Of a stretch of 64,000 bases of DNA, positions 37,077 to 48,024 are shown piece by piece. The DNA lies in contig JAYWIR010000056.1 of assembly GCA_036172245.1 (NCBI GenBank), positions 1 through 64,000 on the forward strand, written 5' to 3'. Origin of the DNA: Raillietiella orientalis (lineage: Eukaryota). The translations under genes and the position numbers were made by a program. Positions within the stretch are counted from its first letter, which is position 1. Each line of letters begins with the position of its first letter. A model generated the notes under the pieces. That model worked only from the letters and a program-made list of their open reading frames with translations, ran no database searches and was not told the origin of the DNA.

Positions 37077-38909
37077 GCCGACAGAATGACGCTGGTCAAC
37101 CTGCTGCGCTCTTGTCCAGGTACGCCGTCCTTGGCAACCTATGCCGCTGACCTGCTTCTCCTGTTACCCATGACCACCCCGGCGTCCAGTCTCGAGGATT
37201 TCTTCGAGCTGATTCGCCGTGGAGCGGGCATGAGCGTAAACCGGAGCAAGAGCGCGGTCGTTCCAGGGGGGCAGTCCGACTGGATCCGCCTGAGCTTCCC
37301 GACCTCCACGTCTTCAAAGTACTCGCGCGTCCCTCTGGGAAACATCAGTCCAGTGGAAGCGTGGTCGGAATGCCTTCGGAAGGCTACGAGTGCTTTAAGA
37401 CCGTTCCATCTTGGCAGGTTCCTCCTGTCGGAGCGGGCCACCGTATGGAGCACCTTCCTTGCCCCCTCTTACGCCTCCTGCTTTTTATTTCTCCGCCCCC
37501 CTACTCGGACGAGCTCCAGGTGCAAAGTCTGTTGAGGAACGCTCTGTGGGGACCTGCGAGCTCCAGGATCCGCCTCAAAGACTTGGCGGCTCCACGTCGG
37601 GATGCCGGATTGGGCGTCCTGACGCTGGAGAGAATCGAGCTGCAGGTGCAGCTCCAGATGTTGGCCCTGTGCGCCAGCCTTTCGTCCACTCCGTGGTGCG
37701 CTCCCGCGCGCCTGCTGCTGCGGTGCTGCACTGGCAGCGATGGACTTCTCTCGCTGCTGCCAAACACGGAGCGCGCCACGAGAAGCTTCGGCTTCCCGTT
37801 GAAACCACTGTACCGGCTCCTGGTAGCCCACGCATGGATCTCCTGCCGCCCAACGAACTTTGACGCATGGCGGCAGGAACCTTTGTATGCCTGGACAAGG
37901 CAAACGATGTTTCCCTTTTGGAACTCCGTCAACCTGTGTCCGTACTTTACGGTAGAGAAGGTTCTAAATGACCATGAGAAGTGGAGTCGCCTGGACGGCA
38001 CGCCCCTCGCCAACGCGCTGTTAGCCATCGGGGCAAGTGATGACAGCTGCCTACCGGTGAGATGGGAGGTCGCCTGCACCATCGCTGCAGAAACCCCACC
38101 CATGGGCGGATGGAGGACTAGCGAGCTGGCAGACGTCCCACGCCTCGCCACATCTCGAAGGGACTCCTTCGGTGTAACGAACTTTAGAATGTGCCCCCCG
38201 AAGAACTTGTGGTCCCTCCCTCCTGCTTGAACACTTTTGTGTTTCCCCTTTCTTGGAAGCAGAACGTCATCATGCTGGTGTAATGGAATTTCCACTCCAA
38301 CCAGCGGACGAACCGTGTTACCGAGGGAATTGTCTCCCCGAATTACGAAAGGTGAGGAAAGGTGGAAACGCTACCGCACCTGCCCTTGGACTGCGGTGCC
38401 CACCAAGGACTGTGGTGGAGGCTGGCCTCAGCTCTCCTGCTCCAAGGGGACACTGCAAGGAATCTGATGGGCTGTTTCTTCACGCCAGGCGGCTTGTCCT
38501 TTGGTGCTGTTCTTGCAACGGTCTGTTGCACTCGCGCCATCGACAAGGCCTACCGAGACTTGGAGAACCTGACCATTCTTCGTCAACTCACTGGAATAGC
38601 TGACCTGAACATGACGTCGGCTTCCGAGTGGGTCCATCTAACAGAGGGCGTTAGGAGCGGGATCGCCGGCATCCACCGCCGGTTTTGAAGAAAAGGAACG
38701 GCTCAAACCAAAGATCCCTGTCCCCTAGCCTCCCGATATCTTCATTTCTATTTTTTTTATGTGTATTCGTGGTCTTCTCCTTCCCGTTGCGGAGTTTCGC
38801 CTTACCGACCTGCGTGTCGGGATCCCTCCCTTCGTTTTTTCTGTGTCCTTTGTCCGGGTACCCTGTTCCCGGATAGTTCAGCAACAAACGCCCCGGCGCA
38901 CCGTGTGAG

Positions 38910-39737
38910 AAACAGCCGGTTCCACGCGATCGTTTCGATCTCCTAGACGTCTGCTGCGGCGATCACGTGGATTTCCTGCAGCAGGGCCAGGTCAAACTCG
39001 CGCAGGGTGTCGAGTGTATCCCGTCTGTTACCGTCGTCGCGCGACCCGTTGACATTCGGACAGGCCACGCGGTTCCGACGGCGACAGGCGAGCACAGGTG
39101 TTATTCCTGGGAAATCGGCGGTGCGGCGTCCGCCACCTGTTGGGGCGTGACGCTTGGAGGGGGAGGTGCATCAAACACCTGCTCTACCTCCTCCATGGAT
39201 GCCGGCGTGTCCGGTTCCTCTCTTGAAGGTGGTGTCGCGCCTACCTGGTTACCCTCCTCCATGGGAGCGGGTTTTTCAGGGTCGGTGCACGCGAGGGGGG
39301 CTTTGCTCCCCTGCTCAACCTCCTCCATGAGAACCGCCCGCTCGCCGGCTCTCGAGCGTGGCAGATCCCTCTCTAGGGTTCATTTGCAGGGGTCTTCCTC
39401 ACCGGAGCCGGCCTTTGTACGGCCTTGCGTGAGTTCTCACGCTGGGTCAGCGTGGTCGCGAGCTCCTCCGCCGCCTTTGCAAAGGCGCCTCCTGGCTTCG
39501 ACCTACGGCGCGGCTACCATTGTGCTCCACGTCCTCGCCGGCGGCGAGAATGATCCAGGAGAAGTTGACTCTGTGTCTGTAGGCTGCGGGGGTGGACTTG
39601 CCTCCCCCACACATACATCCATTGCGGTGTCCTCTGGCAACGCCGCCTTCGGACACCTACGATGTGCACACACAAAACACACAAGAAAAACTCTCCTACT
39701 ACTCGCTGGCGGAGCGCAGAAAAAACACGTCCGCTCA
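38910..39737 (-). mobile_element. Family A copy A4: 5'UTR, internally deleted ORF1, APE N-terminus
   Basis: 5' GAGCGGACGTGTTTTT at 39721-39736; APE VNG..REFDLALLQEIHV. Confidence 0.8.
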
Positions 39738-39756
39738 CGAAGAGCGGGATTTCGGG

Positions 39757-40648
39757 TTACCACCCGGTCACGCCGGGGAGTTTATTTAAACTCTACTAAG
39801 ACGTGGTACAGGCTCCACTAACAGTCAGCACTACACCGGACCTCCAGGGACGCCGGGACGCAGCCCGGCGTAACTCTCCTCCACAGTGGAGGGGGATGGG
39901 GGACACAACAAAAAGAAAAATAAAATATAAGGGAAACAAAGAAAGTTGGGAGGGACTGGAAGGGATCACTGGCCACCGGGAGAAGAAAGGAAGCCCTTCA
40001 GGTCCATCTGCATTCTTCCCAGCTGAGGCCATTCCGTTGCTCTCACTAGAAAGCGAGCAGCTTATGGGATGACTTCCCTGTCGTTAGCATCATCTTCTTT
40101 GTCGCGGACATCGCTCAAAGCCGCCACGATGCCAAGGATGCAGCAAAGTGCTGCAAGGACTGCGGCAGGCTGCAAGGCATTCCGCACGAAAAGAAGCCGT
40201 AAAACGTCTCTGGGCTCGCTGCCCACCGGGAGACCGAGGGTTATCCCAAAACGTTCCCATAGGGGTCGGAGGGTAGCACAATCAACAATAAGGTGGGGGA
40301 GCGAGTCCCGCTTTCCACACCTGGCACACTGAGGATTCACAGCTCCTCTCGTCCATTGGAGGCGGCGTGAGTTGCAGGGTAGACCTCAATGCAACAGCAG
40401 CAGCGCCGACTCTTGCCACTTAAGGGGCAGAATCCTTGATCCATTTAATACCAGGGGCCACTTCAGCTCATCCATCGGGACGGCGAGCAGCTCGCGTCAT
40501 CTTGTTAATCTACGCTCGGGGTGTTGGCGTCCGCTAGCTCTCCCATGGTCCAACCGCTCATTTTCTTCTCTCTGTCTGTGATTCAACAGGAGACTTGCCA
40601 CTTCGGCGTCCGGTCGCTGGAGAGGGTTCTCCGTAGGAAGGGCATTGA
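39757..40648 (-). mobile_element. Family A copy A5, 5'-truncated and internally deleted
   Basis: CARCGKRDSLPHLIVDC; 3'UTR with AATAAA and terminal hairpin. Confidence 0.82.
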
Positions 40649-42982
40649 GGAAGGGATTTGGGGTTGTCACCCGGGTATGCCCTGGGCGTTTCTTGAAAAA
40701 ACTCTACATGAACGTGGTACGAGGCCCCACTGACGGCCACACAACACCGGACCTGCCGGGACGCCGGGACGCAGCCCGGCGTGACGCTCCTCGGCAGTGA
40801 AGGGGGATAGGGATCAAAACAAAAAGAAAAATAAAGATAAGTTAAACAAAAAAAGAGTTTGGAGGGAGGGGAAGGGATCACAATCCACTGGGAGGAGGGC
40901 CCATCCTTCGCAGGATGCCCTCCAGGTCCATCTTCATGCTTCCCAGATGGGGCCATCTCGCAGCTCTCCGCATGGAGCAGACCGCATACGGGATGACATC
41001 CCTCGCGTGTGGACCCACTCCTTCGTTGTTGGCGTCGCTCCATGCTGCCACGATGCCCTGGATGCAGCAGAGGGCTGCGAGGGCTGCGGCGGGATGTAGG
41101 GCGTCCCGCACGAAGAGGGGCCGAAGAACGTCTCTGGGCGCGCTGCCCATTGGGAGCCCGAGGGTCGTCCCGAACCGTTCCCACAGGGGTCGGAGGGCAG
41201 CACAGTCAACAAGTAGGTGGGGGAGCGATTTCCGCTCTTCACATCCGGCACACTCAGGCCTTACACTTCCCCGCGTCCAGTGGAAGCGGCGCGCGTTGCA
41301 GGGTGGACCCCAGTGCAACAGCAGCAGCGCCGACTCTTGCCACTTCAGGGGGAGAAGCCTGGATCCAATTAATATTGGGGGCCACTTCAGTCCATCCGTC
41401 GGGATGCCAAGCAGCTCGCCCCTTCTACGAAGTCCACGCGGGAGGGCACTCGGGGTCGTGGCATCTGCCAGTTCTCCCATGGTCCAGCCGCTCATCGTCT
41501 TTTCCTTGCCTGCGATTCGGCAGGAGACTTGCCACTTTGGCGTACGGCCGCTGGTTAAAGCCCTTGGTAGGAAGGGCAGGGTCGAAGCTAGAGGGGTAGT
41601 CTCCGCCCACGTGCTCCTGGCGGGACACTCCAGAGTAGTCCGCAGTGTGCAGCAGGCGTTGGGGCCGAATCGCAGGCGGTTCCAGTCCGGGGAAGTCTGG
41701 AGGTTCAGCTTGGCCCACTTGGCAACGGATTCCTCCAGTCAGGCGGAGGAGTTGGCGGGGCTGCATACCGTCCAGCCGTTGTCTCTCACCAGGGCTTCCA
41801 TGCGCCCAAGGAAAAGGCCGCATCTTCTGTCCTTCCTGCCAGAGCAGAGAAGGTACGACGCGAGTCCTTGCGTCCTGGACACACGGCAGGCGAGGGTGCG
41901 GGCCGGAACGCACCAAGGGGTGCTCCATGACTTCGGTGCGATGGCGAGGGTGCGCCATCGCAGCTGTATGTCCAGGCGCTCCAGCGTCAGGAGGCCGAGA
42001 CCGCCGTCCCGACGAGGAGCGCATAAGTCATCTAGAGGCACACGTGGCCTCCCGCTGCCCCAGAGGGCGATGCGGAGTAGGTCCTTTGTCCTCTTTTTAA
42101 TGTCACGGGGGACGGGGCAAACAAAAAGCAGGGGGCGGAGGATGGGAGCCGCGAACGGAGCCGTTCCACACCGCGGCCCGTTCAGGCAGAAGGAACTTGC
42201 CTTCCAGGAACTGGCCGATTGCCAACTCTACCTTTTGGAGACGACCTGACCAGGCTTCTGCGAGGCAGAAGTCCCTTAACGGGACACCCAGGTACTTCAG
42301 GTACCTGGCCGCGGGGATCCCCAAGCGGATCCAGCCAGGCCGTCCGACCTACGTCGCACCCACCGGTACGACCGACGACTTCGCCTTGTTTACCCGAAGT
42401 CCAGTCCCACGACTTAGCAGGTCGAAGAAATCCTCGACTGCGGCTGCCGGGGCGGACATGGGCAACATGAGCAGAAGGTCGTCGGCGTATGCTGCTACGG
42501 CGGGCATGCCGGGGCACGAGCTGGGCAGGGCAGCCAAAGTCACCCTGTACGCTCTGAGCACCAACTCAAAGTAGGTGCTAAAGAGCAGGGGACTGAGGCT
42601 ATCGCCCTGCCGTATGCCCCGCCGCACCGGCACGCCGTACACCTGTTAGCTGGAGAAAGTGATGTTAATTATGGCGTTGCGCCAGCAGGAGCGCAGGAAG
42701 GAGAGAAGGGAGGGTGGGAAGCCCATGCGACCCAGGAGCTCCAACAGTAGCTGCTGGTCAACGCAGTCGAACGCCTTATGGAGATCGACCGCGATCGCTA
42801 GGGCCCCCTTCCCAGCCCGGGTGTCCATTCCCAGCCCAGCTGGCGGCCCCAAAGTGGGGTTGCCATTCTTACCGCCAGTGTCATTTAGGCAGCGCTGCAC
42901 ATGGAACCATGTGCTCGCGAAGAACAGGTTGCCATCCATACTTCGCCCGGGAACAGCGTATGTCTGCTCCGGGCTAATTAGA

Positions 42983-44514
42983 CCGAGTGCTTTAAGACCA
43001 TTCCACCATGGCAGGTTCGTCCTGCCGGAGCGGGCCACGATATGGAACACCTTCGTTGCCCCCCGCTTGCGCCCCCTGCTTTTTGTTTGCCCGCCCCCCT
43101 ACTCGGCCAAGCTCCAGGCGCACAGCCTGTTGAGGAACGCTCTGTGGGGACCAGCGAGGTCCAGGATACGCCTCAAAGACTTGGCGGCTCCGCGTCGGGA
43201 TGCTGGCTTAGGCATCCTGACGCTGGAGAGAATCGAGCTGCAGGTGCAGCTTCGAATGTTGGCCCTGTGCGTTAACCTTTGGTCCACTCCGTGGTGCGCT
43301 CCCGCGCGCCTGCTTCTGCGGCGCTGCACAGGCAGCGATGGACTTCTGTCGCTGCGGCCGCACACGGAGCGCGCCACGAGAAGCTTCGGTTTCTCCTTGA
43401 AACCGCTGTACCGGCTCCTGGAAGCCCAGGAATGGATGTCCTGCCGCCCAACGAACTTTCAAGCCTGGCGGCAGGAACCGTTGCATGGCTGGGCAAAGCA
43501 CCAAGATGTTTCCCTCCTGGAACTTCGTTGCGCTCACCTCTCCCCGTACTGCACGGTGGACGAGGTGTGCAACAGCCAGGAGAAGTGGACCCGCCTGGCC
43601 GTCACGCCGCTTGCCGACGCACTGTCAGCCCTCAGGGCAAGAGATGACAGCCGCGAAACGGCGAGATGGGAGGTCGCCTGCACCATTGCAGGAACAACAC
43701 GACCTATTGGCGGCTGCAGGACTTGCGAGCTGGCGGATGCCGCCACGCCTCGCCACATACCGAAGGGACTCCTTCGGTGGAGCGAACACTTGAGTGTGCC
43801 CCCCGAAGAACTTGTGGTCCCTCCCTCGTGTTTGAACACTTCTGTGTTCCCCCTTTCGTGGAAGCAGGACGTGATTATGCTGGTGCATTGGGGTTTTCAC
43901 TCCAACCAGCGCACGAACCTTGTTTCCGGGGGAGTTGTCTCCTTAAACTGTAAGCGGTGCGGGGAAGTGGAAACGCTCCCGCACCTGCTCTTGGACTGCG
44001 GTGCCCTCCTAGGACTGTGGCGGAGGCTGGCCTCAGCTCTCCTGCACCAGGGGGACACCGCGAGGGATTTGATGCGCCGCTTCTTCACGCCAGGCGGCCT
44101 GTCCTTAGGTGCTGTTGTTGCAACCGTGTGTTGCATTCGCGCCATCGACAAGGCCCACCGACAACTGGAGAAGATGGCCATCCTTCGTCAGCCTACCGGC
44201 TTAGCCAGCGCCAGCATGTCGTCGGCAGCCGATTGGGGCATCTTCCAGAGAGCGTGAGGAAGGAGATCGCCGGCATCCATCGCCGGTTCTGAAAGGAAGG
44301 AACGGCAGAACCAAAGACCCCTGTCCCCTGCCCTCCATATCTTTATTTTTATTTTTTTCTACGGTGTATTTGTGGTCCCCTCCCTCCCGTTCCGGACTTT
44401 CGGCATACCGACGTGCGTGTCGGGGATCCCACCCCCTTCGTTACTCTATGTCCTTTGTCCGGGAACTTTGTTCCCGGATAGTTTGTAATAAACGCCCCGG
44501 CGCACCCGGGTGAT
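42983..44514 (+). mobile_element. Family B copy B3, 5'-truncated
   Basis: LRPFHHGRF..CKRCGEVETLPHL..IAGIHRRF; terminal AATAAACGCCCCGG-CGCAC-CCGGGTGA. Confidence 0.88.
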
Positions 44515-46128
44515 AAACAGTCGACCCCCCGCGATCGTCTGGATCTCCTGGACGTCTGGACAGGAGGAGGAGGGACAGGTGCCTCGAGCACCTGGTCCCC
44601 CCTCCTCCATCGGTGACGGCGCGTCGGGCGAGTGACCCTCAGGTGGGGTCGCGCCTACCTGTTGGCCCTCCTCCATAGGGGTGGGCTGTTCAGGGTCCGC
44701 GACGGCAAGGGGGACTTCACCCCCCTGCTCACCCTCCTCCATGGGAGTGTCCGACTCGAGGACTTCCGCGCGTGGGAGTTCCCCCTCCGGGATTCCCACG
44801 CTGCCGTCGGTTTCCTGCTTCTCCTCCTCGCTCGTGGAGGGGAGGCGCCTCCTCGGCTTTTGGGACTTGCGTCCCGTCTTCCGAGGGGGTGCCTCCGACG
44901 AGGAGGATGCACTTCCGGCCCCCAGGTCGCACTCACCTGCGGGGGCCTTCTTTGCCGGAGCCGGCCTTCGCACGGCCTTGCGTGAGGGGTTCTCACGCTC
45001 GGCCAGCGTGGCCGCGAGCTCCTCCGCCGCCTGAGCGAACGCGGCGTCCTCGCTTTCGGCGCGCGCTTCGCGCGGCTCACCCTCTGTGCAAACAGAGGGT
45101 TCGCCGTCGCGAACCTCGGGCGCGGCGGAAACGGCGTGGGGAGGCTCGTCGCCCCGGGTGGCAGCCTCGGGAACGGCAATCCGTTCGAGTGCCACCGTGC
45201 ACTCGCGAAGAGTTTTCGAGCGCGGACCGGGTTTTTTCGGTTTCGCGCTCTTTTCTCTGTTCGCTCTCGCGGGTTCCACGGGGGGAACTTTTTTCTCTTT
45301 TCTGGCCTTTAATAGCTTCCATCCTTCTTCCTCTCCCGCGTCTTCAGCGGGTTTTTCCTCCGACGCCTGGGTGGGAGGAACAGGAGATGGCGGCTGGGGC
45401 CGGCCAGTTTCGCGATAAGGTCTTTCGACCTTTTTTCCTTGTTTTGCCTGTGCCTTTTTGGCAGCAGGTGGCACCGGGATGGGGCGTTTGGGGCACACAC
45501 GACGAACGTGTCCCTTAACCCCGCACAAGTGGCACTCGATATTCGGGCACCGCTTGCGCAAGTGCCCTACTGCATCGCAGTAGCCACAATAGCGGGGTTT
45601 CCCCACGTACCAGAGGTCGACGGATTCCTTTGCGACCTCCAGTTTGTGGGGCAAGCCACTACCCTCATTAACCGTTACACGCGCTGCAGCCTGGCCTCCG
45701 AAATGGCTATTAAAGCCTTCGAAAATGGTAGGCTTTGGCCACAACGCGTGTATCTCACCGTATTTGCTTAATTCATTACTCACCGCAGATCGCGTCATGC
45801 GGTTCGTAATGCCGATTAGATGGACCACTACGAAGCGGTCCATGCTAACCGGCAGGATCTTACGGCCATCCACATTCAGCGGGGTGTTAATGAGGCGCTG
45901 TGCTAAGGCTTCGTCTTTGCAGACGACTACGCGCTGCTCCCCGCTGAGTACGGAGAGGCCGTCAAGATCCTCCTCTCGTACAGGGAAATCCTGCAGTGCC
46001 CTACTAAAGGCTCGGGCGGTGCGACCATCAAACAGGGATCCTACCTTATAAACCAGAGATGGTTTATATCCGGAGGCCCTGTAGGCCGCTTGCTCTGCCA
46101 AGGTTTCCGCGCCGAGCGCGGAAACCAT
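44446..46128 (-). CDS. Family A ORF1p (two CCHC knuckles), C-terminus fused by deletion to an APE remnant and antisense B3 tail
   Basis: CGYCDAVGHLRKRC, CHLCGVKGHVRRVC; ends ..DVQEIQTIAGGRLF|ITRVRRGV. Confidence 0.8.
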   Translation of the reverse strand: MVSALGAETLAEQAAYRASGYKPSLVYKVGSLFDGRTARAFSRALQDFPVREEDLDGLSVLSGEQRVVVCKDEALAQRLINTPLNVDGRKILPVSMDRFVVVHLIGITNRMTRSAVSNELSKYGEIHALWPKPTIFEGFNSHFGGQAAARVTVNEGSGLPHKLEVAKESVDLWYVGKPRYCGYCDAVGHLRKRCPNIECHLCGVKGHVRRVCPKRPIPVPPAAKKAQAKQGKKVERPYRETGRPQPPSPVPPTQASEEKPAEDAGEEEGWKLLKARKEKKVPPVEPARANREKSAKPKKPGPRSKTLRECTVALERIAVPEAATRGDEPPHAVSAAPEVRDGEPSVCTEGEPREARAESEDAAFAQAAEELAATLAERENPSRKAVRRPAPAKKAPAGECDLGAGSASSSSEAPPRKTGRKSQKPRRRLPSTSEEEKQETDGSVGIPEGELPRAEVLESDTPMEEGEQGGEVPLAVADPEQPTPMEEGQQVGATPPEGHSPDAPSPMEEGGPGARGTCPSSSCPDVQEIQTIAGGRLFITRVRRGVYYKLSGNKVPGQRT

Positions 46129-46366
46129 GGCACTCCACGTCCTCGGCGTTGCCAGGGATGATTCCGGGGCGGATGCCCCTGATTCTGTGGGTCGTGGGGG
46201 GGGGGCTAGCCTCCCTCACTCCTACCTCCATCGTGGTGTCCTCTGGCAGCGATGCCATCGGACACCAACGATATGAAACAGCACACAACCAAAAAAACCC
46301 GCTTTCCGGTACTCGTACGCGGAGCGCCGGAAAAACACGTCCGCTCTCGAGGAGAGGGAGTTGGGG

Positions 46367-47931
46367 TTATCACCCGGGTACGCCCGGGGCGTTTATTTGT
46401 AAACTCTACATGCGTGGTACGAGGCCCCACCACGGCCGTAAACACAGGACCTGTCGGGACACCGGAACGCAGCCCGGCGTGGCACTCCCCGACAGCGAAA
46501 GGGGATGAGGGGAAAAAAACAAAAAGAAAAATAAAGAAATAAAAAAACAAAAAGAGTTTGGAGGGCAGGGTAGGGATCACTGGTCGCTGTGAGGAGGGCC
46601 CATCCTTCGAAGGAGGCCCTCGAGGTCTCTCCGCATACCTCCCAGCTGGGCCATGCGGCAGCTCTCCGCAAGAAGCGTTGCGCGTATGGGATGACATCCC
46701 TCGCGTGTGGACCCCCTCCTTCGTTGTTGGCGTCGCTCCATGCCGCCACGATACCACGGACGCAGCACAAGGCTGCGATGGCTGCGGCTGGCTGCAGTGC
46801 GTCTTTTACGAAGAGGGGCCGAAGAACGTCTCTGGGGGTGCTGTTCGTAGGGAGCCCGAGGGTCGTCCCGAACCGTTCCCAAAGGGGTCGGAGGGCAGCA
46901 CAATCCACAATAAGGTGGAGGAGCGACTCCCGCTCCCCGCACCTGACACACGCAGGATCCACAGCTTCCCTCGTCCAGTGGAAGCGGCGCGCGTTGCAGG
47001 GTAGACCCCAGTGCAACAGGAGCAACGCCGACTCTTGCCACTTGAGGGGCGGGATCCTGGATTCCTTCATCACCGGGGGCCACTTAAGCTCATCCCTGGG
47101 GATGGCGAGCAGCTCGCCCCATCTTACTAATCCTCGCGGCTGGATGCTCGGGGTCGTGGCGTCTGCCAGTTCTCCTGTTTTCCAGCCGCTTATCAACTTC
47201 TCCCGTCCCTCGATGCAGCAGGAGACTTGCCACCTTGGCGTCCGGCTGCTGTGAAGTGCCCTCCTCAGGAAGGGCAGCGCCGTAGCTAGGCAGGTCGTCT
47301 CCGCCCACGTGCATCTTGCTGGACTCTCCAAGAGATTCCGCAGCGTGCAGCGGGCGTAAGGGCCGCATCGGAGACGATTCCAGTCTCGTGGCTTCTCTGG
47401 TTAACCACTGCCCACGTTCCAATATTCTCCTCCAGCCAGGCGGGGGAGTTGGCGGGGCAGCAAACCATCCAGCTGTTCTCCTTGGCCAATGTCGCCATGC
47501 GCCCGAGCAGTAGGCCGCATCTTTGCATCTTCCGGCCAGGGCTCAGAAGAAAATATGCGAGTCCATCGCACCGGGACACACGGCTGGCCAGGAGGCGGGC
47601 CGGAGTGCACCAAGGGGTGCTCCACATCTTCGCTGAGATGGCGAGAGTTCGCCACCGCAGCTGCTTCTTCACGCGCTCCAGCGTCAGGAGGCCAAGACCG
47701 CCGTCCCGACGCGGAGCGCACAAGTCCTTCAGAGGGACTCGGGGCCTCCCCTTGCCCCAAAGGGCGATACGGAGGAGGTCCTTCGTCCTCTTCTTGGATT
47801 CCACGGTGGGGGTGCAAACAAAAAGCAAGGGGCGGAGGATGGGAGCCGCGAAGGCGTTCCAAACTGCGGCCCGTTCCGGCAAGTGAAACTTGCCTTCCAG
47901 TAACGGGCCGATCGCCGTCTCGACTTTTTGG
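46367..47931 (-). mobile_element. Family A copy A7, 5'-truncated, 13-bp TSD GAGGGAGTTGGGG (46354-46366 / 47932-47944)
   Basis: ORF2 post-RT region and C-terminus; exact TSD. Confidence 0.9.
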
Positions 47932-48024
47932 GAGGGAGTTGGGGAAGGGGTCCGTACGCGTACGTACGGACTGAGAGGACGTACGTACGCGCTCGACGTT
48001 ACTCCAGGACCCTCGATGTACACA

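Larger units (their letters stand above)
30804..38909 (+). mobile_element. Family B copy B2 (RT to 3' end; segments 30804-31030 and 37077-38909), split by the NeSL/Utopia-like element
   Basis: RKAFVCV..QGDSLSPLLFSIFFELLLR|ADRMTLVNLLRSCPGTP..YAADL rejoins in frame; C-terminus IAGIHRRF. Confidence 0.88.
40664..46352 (-). mobile_element. Family A copy A6, originally full length (5' part 44515-46352, 3' part 40664-42982), interrupted by B3 with loss of most of APE, linker and RT N-terminus
   Basis: 5' motif at 46331-46346, ORF1 from 46128, RT motifs 42349-42980, 3'UTR; flanked by target-like repeats 40651-40663 and 46354-46366. Confidence 0.8.

Noticed and set aside
42975..42990. Twin-priming 5' inversion at the head-to-head junction
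   Set aside because: The two sides belong to different families and each has its own 3' end.
42659..44257. 532-aa ORF as a real gene
   Set aside because: It is a chimera of antisense A6 RT sequence and the sense B3 ORF2 C-terminus.
39744..47944. CRISPR array from the recurring 13-mer
   Set aside because: Spacers are kb-sized retroelements, the repeat is a TSD, and there are no cas genes.
47950..48000. Hammerhead ribozyme (CTGAGAG between stems)
   Set aside because: No GAAA core or three-way junction is visible.
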